NCBI GenBank assembly: GCA_004431415.1
Contig: QPMI01000658.1
Span: 142,314-206,313 of the forward strand
Origin: Cyanophora paradoxa CCMP329
Taxonomy: Eukaryota > Plantae > Glaucophyta
DNA length: 64,000 nt
Reading direction: 5' to 3'
Shown: in pieces, positions 23,696 to 34,579 of the stretch
Layout of the letters: each line of letters begins with the position of its first letter
Position numbering within the stretch: the first letter of the stretch is position 1
Position numbers and translations under genes: made by a program
The notes under the pieces: generated by a model
The model's database searches: none
What the model was told of the DNA's origin: nothing
What the model saw: the letters and a program-made list of their open reading frames with translations, nothing else

Positions 23696-25577
23696 TAAAT
23701 ACGCATACCGTAGTACCGCAAACTCCAGCAGCCGAGGCGTGACAAGACTATAGCTAGCACTCTCTCTGAGATTCTCCTTTACCCGTGCACGTGCCGCAGT
23801 GCAGCTTACTTGATTGTATCGTGCTAATGGCTCAGACGGCATGATCATGATCGTGAGACTTCGATTTCGGATGGTTTGTGACCGTTGAACAGATGCACGC
23901 GTATGCATGCACAACTTGGCAAGGTCATCGATTTTTTTTGCAAAAGCCCAACCGGGCAATGTTCGTATTAAAATGACAACAACAGCCTCCCCGTCGGCGG
24001 CATCGAACTGGGGGGGCACCTTATCTTGCTCTAAGGCTCTGCTACCATGCTACCACAACTTAGCTAGCAACGTGTTGAGCTGGAGCGGGGAGGTCCTAAG
24101 GGTGCTGTCGTCCGTGGCCCTGTGGGGGGGAGGGGGGAGGGGGGGGAGGGCACTTCCGGCCAGGTTGGGCGTAGGGAAGGGGTGAGGAGAAGAGGGGTGC
24201 GGGGGAGAGGGGTCTCGGAGGAAAATTAAGCTAGCTGCCACGGCCCGAGTGCCGCCGCCGGGGGCGGGGGCGGGGCGCTGGAGGGCGGCCGGGGCGGGGC
24301 GCGGGAGCCGGGGGCGGGGTGGGGTGCTGGAGCCGGGGGCGGGGGCGGGGCGCTGGAGCCGGGGGGCGGGGGCGGGGCGCTGGCGCCGGCGGCAGGGGCC
24401 GGCTTGGAAGCCGGGTCCGGGCGAGCCTCGTCTGGCTCTGGGGGGGGGGACCGAGCGTACACGTCTCTGTACCGACCTCGGGGAGGAGGAGTCCGGGTGG
24501 GCGCCCTTTGGGCCCAGGCCGGGGGAGAGGGGGCGGGGGCGTGGGCCCGCGGGGCCTGGGCTCTGGGCGGGGGAGGGACCGGCGCGGGGCGCTAGGGAGT
24601 AGGACGTGGGCGCACCCTGCCGTTGTTGTATATCGGACGGCGCCGACGGCCCCGTCGCGCGGCGAGCTCGAGGCGGAGGGGAGAGGTCGAGATGCAGGGC
24701 GAGATCTGCAGGCGCGCGGGCACGTTCTGTAAGGATGGGGCGGCGCGCGCGGCGCCTGCAGCATGGCGGCGGCGTTCGAGGAGCAGCGGCGGCGGCGCGC
24801 GACGGCGGGAGCGTCAGTTTAGAGAGCTGGTGGTTATCGGACATCTGCTATGCGGCGGGTGGCGTGTAAGTGGCCGGGACGGGCCGTGGCGCATGCGCGG
24901 CGATGGCGGGAAACCGGGCGAGGTCTAGGCGGCCGACCGGCGCCGTTTGCGCGTTCTAGGGCTGTAGTATTATACCGGGAGCGGCAGCGTGCTGTCTGTA
25001 CTTCCCGCGCGGGGTGCCGGCGAGGTCCTCGACATTCAAAAAGTGGCTCGATGATGTCGGCGGGGCTCCACGACGCTCCGGGGGCGGGCTGCCGGCTTCG
25101 GCGGTCGTGCTGGACGGTGATGTGCTCGTGTCGCCTGGCGGGCTGCGCCCGGCTGGCCTAACTAGCGTTGTCGGTCCACGGGGGTCGGGTGGAGCTGGCG
25201 CGCGACTTTCCGAGCAGCTTGACACGCGGCGTTATCAGGCACCCACGGGTGGGAAGCCTGGCCCGCCGCGCTGCCGTAATCGTCGCGCGTAATATACCGA
25301 CTGTAAGTAACAGTAAGTGGGCTATAGCTGTTGTCAAATTCAAATAAGCACTAGCTATAGTCTGACTGCCTCGGGTCCGGAGGCTCTAGAACTGATCATA
25401 AATCGAGCTGCAGCTCGATTCAGAGTCAGCGAAGAAGAGAGAGGGAGGGAGCCGGGCCAGTCAGTCTTCTTCTTCTTCTGCTTCTGCTTCCCACCCACCC
25501 ACCCGTCCGTCCGTCTCACCTGGACGGCGCCCTTGAGCTGCGCCCGCTCGCCGCAGTCCGAGTTCGAAGTTCGGCGG

Positions 25578-27915
25578 TCACATGACCGCGCAGGCCTCGC
25601 AGCCCTTCTCCGTTTTGCAGACGGGGCAGCCCTTCGAGAACAGCGAAGTGAGCCCAGGCGGCCAGCGAGGGCCCCGCGGCCGGGCGCTGGCAGGGCGGGG
25701 CAGCCGGGCGCTGGCGGGGCGGACCTTGCAGCCGGTGGCCTGGTGCCGCTTGCGGGTCGCCTCGATGAAGCGCTCGAGCTGCTTCTCGTCCATGGCCTGC
25801 GCGGGGGGCGGCGTCGGCGGCGGCGGCGCCGCGAGTCGAGGGCGCGGGGCCGGCGCCACGCACGTCGAAGTCCGGCACCTCTCTGCCCTTGGGCGAGGGC
25901 GAGGGCGTGGCCCCCCTCTGGCCCGCGGGCGAGGGCGCGGGCGCGGGCGAGGCCGCGGGGGAGGCCGCCTGCGAACGAAGAAGTTTCGGCGAACGAAGTT
26001 TCGGCTATAAATAGCCGGGGGGTACCGGAGGCGCGAGGGAGTCGGGGGCGGTGGGGGCGGCGCCGTTGGGGAGGTGGGGCGCCCCCGGGGCCCGCCGGAG
26101 GGCGGCCTCAAGGCGCTGCGCGTGCTCCCGGTGGTGCCCGGCCCGCCGGCCCCGCCGGGGCCCGCCGCCTGCAGCGCCGCCTCGAGCTGCGAGGTGCGCG
26201 CCAGCCACTCCTTGATCTCCCGCACCTGGCCCTCCAGCGCCGCGGCGCCGCCGCCTTCCGCCCCGCCCCCGCCCCGCCCCCGGGGCGGAGTGGAGGGCGG
26301 CGAGGAGGGACACCAGGTTGGAGACGAAGGACTCGCGCTCGGCGCGGAGGCCGCGCTTGCCGCGCACGCGCTCCGCCAGCGTCTCGATGCGGTCCCGTGT
26401 CTCCGCCAGCTCCGCCGACGCCCGCTGCAGGCCCTCCCGCCTCTCCTCCAGGTCCTGCGCCCGCCGCAAGCCAAGCCCACCTCAGAGTAAAGAAGAAGAA
26501 GAACGAGGAACTAGCTCGGCTTAATCAAACTAGCCAAATGAAGAACTAGAGCTCAGGATCGATGGGTGGGCGGACGCACGCGGGTGCGGGCGCGGAGGGC
26601 GTCCTTGAGCGCGTTGAGCTTCTCGACGGGGAAGCCGAGCTCGGCCTGCTTCTTCTGCTCGGCCGCCCCTCAGAGTCAGCGAAGAAGAGAGAGGGAGGGG
26701 GAGAGCGAAGAAGAAGAGAGAGGCCTAGGGAGGGAGCCGAGCTATCTATCTAACCAGCTTTCTGGATCTATCTAGTCTTCTTCTTCTGCTTCCCACCCAC
26801 CCGTCCATCCGTCTCACCTGGACGGCGCCCTTGAGCTGCGCCCGCTCGATGGCGCACTCCTCGAGGCCCTCCTTCTGCTTCTCGACGGCCTTGCGGATCT
26901 CCTTGAGCACCGAGCGCAGCGTGACGACGTGCCCGGCCAGCATGTCGTACACCTGCGCGGCGGCCGCTGAGCGGGAGCCGGGAGGCTGGGCGGGGCTGGG
27001 CTGGAGCCTGGGCTAGGCAAAGAGGCAATCTCGTTTATCTATCGATCTATCTAGCTGCCGAGGGGCGGCTGAGGGCGAGCCGAGGGGCGGGGCGGGGCGG
27101 GGCGGGGCGGGGCTAGGCAAAGAGTTCAGGAACGCTATAACCATCTTATATCTTGACTGTCTTGAGAACTATCTTAAGCCTGAGATACTTTCAATGTTCC
27201 TCTGACCTGCTTGGCGGCAGCAAGCTCCTGGTACTTCTCCTGCGCCGTCTCCCGGAACCGCGCGTCCTGCAGCTCCGCCACCATCCCCTCGTACTCCGTC
27301 CGCCGCGCCTGATTAGAAGAGTGAGCGAGAGGGGTACAGGGAGGAGTAGGGGGGTACGCGGCGCGCTCGCTTGCCTGGAGCTCGTCGTTCTTTGCGAGAA
27401 TGAGGAGGCGGAGGCCGGTGACCTTGCGCGCCGCTGCTTCCAGCTCGCCCCGCCGCACCTGCCGCCCCGCACGGGGAGAGGTCAGAAGACACCGGGCGCC
27501 TCCTTTCTACCCGTGTACCCCGGCGCGCCCCTTCCATCCGTCCTCACCTGGAGGCGGCGGGCGATCTCGGCCGAGGCCTGCTTGTGCACCTCCGCAGGCG
27601 ACATCTGCCGCCCCGTCGGCTTGGTTGGTTGGTTGGAGGGGGGGGGGAGGAGGGGGGGTACGCACGCCGGAGAGGTCCGCGCCGAGCGAGGCGACGAGCT
27701 CGATGAGGGGGCTCCCCGGCGGTAGAGAGATCGAGGAGCCGGCCTGCGCCATCGACGGAGACGGGAGATGAGGAGGGCTCGGCGGCGGCGACGCTGCCGC
27801 GCTCGGGGCGGGGCGGGGCGGGGCGGGGTCGGGCGGGGGCTACCGGGGCCTTGGAGACCTGCTCGAAGGTCTTCTGCAGGTCTTCCTTCAGCGCCAGCAG
27901 CTTCTCGTGCTCCGC
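25578..27915 (-). pseudogene. 3' portion of a coiled-coil protein gene ending in a Cys-rich tail and CaaX box (CAVM); 5' end removed by the repeat junction (copy A)
   Basis: Exons give heptad-rich text (EHEKLLALKEDLQKTFEQV; RGELEAAARKVTGLRLLILAKNDELQ; VYDMLAGHVVTLRSVLKEIRKAVEKQKEGLEECAIERAQLKGAVQ; DLEERREGLQRASAELAETRDRIETL) and the terminal ...ATGCK|GCPVCKTEKGCEACAVM*. No start codon is found before the junction at 28044. Confidence 0.7.
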
Positions 27916-30385
27916 CCTGCGCCCCGGCTGCTTGAGGGGGGGGGGGGGGGGGGGGGGGGGGGGCTGGCTGGGCTAGGGGGGCCGCTAGGACGCTAGGCTA
28001 GAACGAGTGGGAGGGAAGCTAGGAGGGACGGTAGTGGGAGGGAAGCTAGCGCTGCGTCGTAGGGCGCGTTAGCGAGAATGGCCCCTGAATCGGTTGCAGA
28101 GGAGGTCAAGCGTAGTTTACGATGGCCAGCGATACATATACGCGCAAGGCGGTACGCGCTTGGCCGTGCTTCGAATTCGCTTAAGCTTTCACTGCCGATT
28201 AGCGTCGACGTACTAAGTTCGTTCATGCTCAATGACAGGATACCATCCCGCGGACGGATCCCTCAAAAATTCTGTTCTACGTTTTGGTGCGCGAGCATTC
28301 GCAATCGCCGCAGGCTTAGGTCACGAACGTTGAATGGCTTTACCCCCAGATCTTCAAACCCTTGCCGGGACCGCGGTGTGGACCAGCGCATCTGACCGCA
28401 AGAGAAACGTTTTTTTAACGCGCAATGCGCAGTGCGTAATCTAATGCATCTGCTTTGTTACGAAGCCACCGCGGATGATGACGACTCGCGCGTTGTTGTA
28501 GGGCTACCATGACGGCAAGATAGCTTTCACGGGCGGTCACGGCGGATCATTCAGGAACGGTGAGGCATAGCTTGAGCGCTTATATATTAAGCTTGCAATT
28601 GCATCCGCTGGACGCCAACGACTTCCGTTCGTTCCAGACCTGGCCCTGTTTGACACTACCGGCAACACGTGGTCGACGAAGTTTGCAGAGGCGGCCGACT
28701 CCGGTGCCATCGGAGAAGGGCGCATCTGCGCGATCCTCGGCGTTTGGCGGCGGGGACGCCAGCGTGTCCCTGACCGGAATGAGGTAGGTTCTAGATGCGA
28801 AGACCGACTCGCGTTTTCGCCGAATGGACCCAATTGAGAGACGGCTCAGATACGCCAACCTTTCGGGTTCCCCGACCGCTTGGACGAACCCTACTCCGGC
28901 TCGCCGACTGTCCCGCCGTCCCGAATGTTTCCCTGGTTTGTTGTAAGATCCGAGCGACCATGCGGCTGTCGCCAATTTAATTTGATCATGGAGCTTAAGA
29001 CTGGATCTAGAGAGATTATATTAAAACGTTTCGAGCGCAGGCACTGGGTGATGACGGTGAACTCGTACCCGATGTGGGTGCGGCCGGCCGCTTGTTTGTA
29101 TCTTAACTAGCTTTCGGCCCCCGTTCTGAATTGATCTCCGTTCACCTCATGATCAGGTCGTCGTCGGAGGGTTCGAAAAACAGCCGGGGCCGAAGTTCTA
29201 CACTCGAACCGACGCTTGGGTATATCCGCATTCAAATTTGAGCGTCTTCATTAATCGGTATCGTACACACTGACAAATGCGGCAGGTTTTCAGGCCCCGT
29301 GCGTTTATCTTTTCGTAACTGCTCCGGACATCGAAATTAAAGTACGTCGCGATTTAGAGCTTTAAAGCTCACTGTCCTTCAGATTGTATGAACGTCTGTG
29401 GTTCAAGCGGGTGGCAGAAGCTGAACGTCAGCGGCGCGTTCCCGATGACAGCAGGTTCGAATTCGTCTAGGACGGCTCGCGATCGCCAGTCATTACCACC
29501 TGTACGCGAGCTCATTCGTCTCCTTCCCGCTTTGCAGAGGGCGCAGGGGGGTATTTCCCTTCCCTCAAACGCGCCTATCTGTTTGGAGGACGGACTCGGA
29601 CTGCCGGGGGCAATTATTATGCCTACGAACTCGTCAACGATCTCTACCAGATTGACGTCTCAGGTGCAATGCGTGATTCTAGATCTATAGTGTAGCGACG
29701 TGCGCGAAAGCGGTCTAACCTCGCGGCAGTCTCCTCCGACTGTCCCTGCTCCCGGCGCCGGCTCACGGAACAAGACGACTCTATGCATACGGAATCCTCC
29801 GCCAAGGCCGGCCGCGCGCTGCTGCAGGACGGCGGTTTGTTGAGCGCGTTAAAGAATTTATCGTCCTTGATGCTGGGCGCAGAGCCGGACCCGAGCTTCG
29901 TGACGACGGAGAACCCCGTCGACATGCGGCTTGCGGCGGCCGCGAACGCGACCAGCGGGCCAGAGGACCCGACCGCGCTCCTCAGCGCCGACGCGGAGCG
30001 CTACGACACCAGGTGGACCATGGACCGGCAGGCGACGCTCGCCGCGCTCGACCCGCAGGCCCGCAAGTCCCTCGAAGCCCTGTCCGGTACTTTTAGCTTT
30101 GAATTCTTTGCAAATTCGAGCGCTGTACATGTCCGAGCGATCTCTCACGCAAAACGTTCATCAGCGATGCGCGAGGCGCAAATCATGGCGTTTGCCCAGC
30201 TGCGTCCTGCGGAGTCGGCACAGGGCGCGCGCTCGTACAACGGCGAAAACGGGACCACCGCAATCGTCATCGACCGAAGTGCGCGGGGGCGGTTTAAAAA
30301 AACTTTGGAGGCTTTGAGAACCGCCGGTCGCTGACAAGGATCGGACCTCAGGTGTCGGGAGCTGCCCGCCTGACCGCAAATTCGC

Positions 30386-30758
30386 TTTTTTTTTTGCAAA
30401 AGTGGACGTCGCATTGATACACCACGGCACATGTATCAATGTTCTACGTGACGTGCCCTTCCGACCGGTCATCTATCTAGCCGAGGGTGCTAGCTAGGTG
30501 CCGGCCATGGGTCGCTCAATATGGGAGGTTCGCCTGAGTGGGGGAGCCATGGTTTTCGGTGATAGCCGTAACCAGACCCACGCGCCCACCCCTTGATCAA
30601 CTCCTCCATCCCTCATGAGCCCTGGAAGTGAAATGTCTCGCAGTCCGCCGCCCTCCCTTGCCGCCGCTCCGCCACGCCTCCTCCTCCCCACTCCGCCTCC
30701 TCCCTCCTCCTCACCTGCGCCCCAGGACCCCGATTAATCGGTGTCCCGTTTTGTCGAG
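30386..30758 (-). mobile_element. Non-LTR retroelement fragment (5'-truncated LINE or SINE), 373 bp, poly(A) tail, 18-bp TSD
   Basis: Absent from copies A and C. TSD gcctgaccgcaaattcgc at 30368-30385 and 30759-30776. T10 at 30386-30395 is the A-tail on the minus strand. A perfect 10-bp stem (cattgataca/tgtatcaatg) lies just inside the tail. Confidence 0.92.
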
Positions 30759-33700
30759 GCCTGACCGCAAATTCGCGGGCGCGCTGGGAAGGACCAAGCT
30801 GCCCACGCTAGCGACCTGCCTAGCTGGAGCTGCCCCCAACCAGCCGAGCGCGACCGCCGATTTCGACGTTGCGGTCTGCTCCATTGTCGTCCCCGTGGCA
30901 AACGCAGTGCAGGTGCCTCATCCTCAAGTTTACTCCCCGTTCGCGCTGCCGGACTGCTGATTCTCGTACAAACAGGTGTCGCTTCCAATTACGAAGTCGG
31001 GGCTCTACCGGTTCCGGGCGCACGACGAGACCGCCAACTCCCCGACGTCACTCGCCATCGATCTCCGCAGCGATGGGTCGTGCGCCCCAATCGCCTGCAG
31101 CAGGCCGTCCCCGGGTGCGGTTTGTCGTTCGGGGATGCGTTTTTCGACGCAATTTAGCAAGCCTTTCCCTCAGGCGACGCGACCGAGCTCTGGGCGCTGC
31201 TGTACGAGAACAGCACGGTGAACGTCAACGTCGCGGCCGTGGCCAGCGGCGCCGCCGGCGCCAACGCGAGCTGCCCGCCGTCGGACGCCGCCGTGCTCGA
31301 CGTTTCGTTCGAGGTGCCCGACGACCTTTTCCTTTTGACTTTTCAAATTATCAACAGTTGAATAATAACAACCTAATATAAAGCCATGCATATCTTGACT
31401 TCACTTGGCTTTACAATAGGCGCCCTACGACGAGCGCGTCTTCGTCGACGCGTCGCTCGCGGAGGAGGGGCTGGGCCCCGACGAGGCCCTGCGCGACCCC
31501 GACACCCTCGACCTGTACTTCGTCGACGTCAACGCCGCGCTCCGCTACGCCTACGGCAGGACCGGCGCTGCGGACGCGGGCCACCCGCTCCAGGTGCGAG
31601 CGAACGTAGCGACGCTCGAATTCGATTTCGCGCGCTGACGATCGCGACGCCGCCTCGTCGCGAGCAGATTGGCATCTTCTTGAAGCCGGGCATGTACTAT
31701 CAGAGCGTCAACGCCTCGTGGGACCTTCCCGCTGTGTCCTTTGCCGCCGGTGCACGCATCTGGGTGCGCTCAGGATTGCCGCGCGCGGTCGCAGGAAAAG
31801 TATCCCTGGCGTCTAATTATATAATGCTTCCATCAGATACGATCCCTCAGCGGGCTTCGCCAGGGGACCAATTCCGCGTACGCGTGATCTCTCACGTCAT
31901 GCTGCATGTTTGAAGTGGTTCTGATTTTCGCCATTTCGTTTGCAGGGAGGACACTATTCTGACGTGCGGCGGCATGGGCCACGCGATCTCCCTCTCGCAC
32001 GCCTCGCCCCTCGTCTCGTTCCTCGGCGTTAGCATCGCCAAGTGCGGCGCGGTGGAGAGCTCCACCCGAGTGGACGCGAGCCGCTCCGGCGCCGCGGTCT
32101 CCGTTGTCGGGCTCAAGGACATCGTGTTCAGGGTACTCGGCCTCTGCCATCTCCGAGCGCGAGCGCGGGCGGCTGATCCCGTTCGCAGAACATCATCTTT
32201 GCACGCAACGGCAACCAGAACGCAAGCGCAGATGGCCGTGGTGGCGCTGTGGCGCTCTTCGCTGGAGCGTCGGCGGCCTTCGAGAACTGCATTTTCGTGC
32301 AGGTGCCGGCACCCGCGGCTAATAACAAACTATGATCTCCGCTCGTTTGCGCTGACAACGACGCAGAACGACGCGCGCCGAGGCGGCGGCGCCGTTGCCG
32401 TCCTCGACGGCAGCGAGGCACGGTTCGAGGGCTGCGTCTTCTCGAGCAACTCGGCCCCGATCGGCGGCGCCGTTCTGGTGTCCGGCGCCCGCGCGGCGTC
32501 CTTCCTGCGGACGGGTTTCCAGGTGCGCAACGCGATCTTGCGGAGGGAGCTGGCCTGGGGCGATTCCGCGCGCGCGTGCCTCCGCAGAGGAACGCGGCGG
32601 TCCCTCCGCCGGAGATGGAGGACGACACCATTTCCGCCTCGATCGCGATGACGAGCCCCGCGGCGGTCGAGAAGTGGCTCGGCGGGGCCGTGGCAGTGCA
32701 ATCCGCGACGGAGGCAGTGCGGTTCGACGTCGCAATCTTTGAGGGCAACGCCGCGCACTTCGGCGCGGCCATCTCGGCCGCGAGCCGCGTCGTCGTCACG
32801 CGCTCTCAAGTGTCGGGCTCGAACGGAGGGGCCGTGTGGGTCCGGTCGACCGAGGCGCGCCTCGAGCTCACGGCATTCTCCGGGAACGAGAACGTCATGC
32901 CGCTGGCCGCCGGAGCCGTTGCCTGCAGCGGCGCGGGAGCTTCCCTCTCCGTCTTCGCTTCGACCTTCGACGACAACTGGGGGGTGTACGGCGGCGCGGC
33001 TCGGGTCTTCGACGGGTGCCGCGCAAACACTTCGCTCTCCGCGTTCTCGCGTGCGCCCCGGCCCGCCGCTTCTGCTCGCCACAGCCCCTCCATTCCGAAT
33101 CCCTTTTAATATCCGACCAGGCAACGTGGCGCTGGCGGGGTCCGGGGGCGCCGTGATGGTGGGTCAGGCGGCGGACCCAGGCTCTGCAGTGGCGTCGACC
33201 TGGGCATCCTTCGACCAGGTCGAGTTCCGCGAGAACGTCGCCGGGTTCCAGGACGAAGGGCAGGCGGCGGAATTCGAGGCCGACCCGACGCTCGGCTCCG
33301 GTGGCGCGCTAGCCCTCCTCGCCCCGCTCGACGGGGCCGTGCCCATCTCCGGCTGCCTCTTCGCAAAGAACCGCGCGGCGCTGGGCGGCGGCCTCTTCGC
33401 CAATGCGTCCGTGCGCATCGACGGCGACACGATCTTCTTCTCGAACGAGGCGGGCTTCCCGTGGTTCGACGCGCACGCCCAGCGCGAGGTCCAGATCGGC
33501 GGCGGCGCGCTCCTCGCATTCGCGGCCGCGCCGAACCACGTCGGGGGCGCGCTTTTCGCGCTGAACAAGGCACACGGCGCCTTCGGCGGAGGCCTCGCGA
33601 TGCTCGGGGGGTCGCTGGAGATCCGCGGTCCGCGCTTCCTGTCGAACGCAGTGCTCGGGCCCGACAGCCAGGGCGGCGGTGCGCGCGCGCGCCCTCCGCG

Positions 33701-34139
33701 CCACCCTGCGCTGCCAATTTCGCACTGAGAAGTGCTTTCGCGCTGCCCAGGTATTTTCGCGCAAAACACGATCTTCCTGGGCGACCCGAGGTTTGTCGCC
33801 GCAGGCAACTCAGCCGAGGGAACTGTGCGTGCTCCCCAAATTGAGACCAGACTCCGAACCCGTCCCAACCTCGAACTCGCGCAGTTCCAGAACGTGTACC
33901 TGCTCGGATCCGGAGGCAGCTCGGGCGCCGCGAACGGGACGGCCTCGGGCGCGGCGGGCGTCGTCAAGTCGTGCGCGTCCTGCTCGGCGTGCCAGGCCTG
34001 CGAGCCCGCCACCGGCCGCTGCAAATTCCCCGCGGACTTCGGTGCGACGCAAACCGCAAACCGCAACAAACCGCTGCTTATCAAATACCAATTAAAATGA
34101 AAATACGCAGAGGCGTGGTGCGAGGCGATCGGCGGGTGC

Positions 34140-34579
34140 AGCCCCGAGACGTGCCCGTTCGTCTCCGCCGGCACCGCGCGGTTCGACGAGACCGACGGGC
34201 TCCGCTCCATCCGCGTAGAGCTGGACGCTGGCCCGGGCGCCGGCGCCGGCGCCGGCGCCGCCTCTGCCAACGTCAACGGCTCATGCGCCTCCTTCTTCGT
34301 CCCGGACACCCTCCGCATCCTCGGCGAAGGCGCTTATAACCTCTTTCTTATATTTTTTTTAAGCCCCGAGACGTGCCCGTTCGTCTCCGCCGGCACCGCG
34401 CGGTTCGACGAGACCGACGGGCTCCGCTCCATCCGCGTAGAGCTGGACGCTGGCCCGGGCGCCGGCGCCGGCGCCGGCGCCGCCTCTGCCAACGTCAACG
34501 GCTCATGCGCCTCCTTCTTCGTCCCGGACACCCTCCGCATCCTCGGCGAAGGCGCTTATAACCTCTTTCTTATATTTTT
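34140..34579 (+). repeat. Tandem duplication (period 222 bp) with TTTA filler, private to copy B
   Basis: agccccgagacg...cttatattttt repeated at 34140 and 34362. Single copy in A (20509-20726). Confidence 0.92.

Larger units (their letters stand above)
14821..28044 (+). repeat. Tandem segmental amplification, copy A (13.2 kb)
   Basis: Sequence starting gctagcgctgcgtcgtagg recurs at 28045 and 43651, with an identical ORF series in the track. Confidence 0.97.

Noticed and set aside
23900-25300. Possible additional gene (minus ORFs from ATG 24844/24764; plus ORF 25014-25292)
   Set aside because: Some splice-like signals exist, but I could not assemble a convincing frame. The region is dominated by GGGGC low-complexity repeats.
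27935-27963. Long poly-G tract near the repeat junction as a G-quadruplex-driven breakpoint
   Set aside because: Copy B has an interrupted version (ggggacggggagggg), so the pure run is unreliable. The breakpoint is ~80 bp away, and G-runs are common in these introns.
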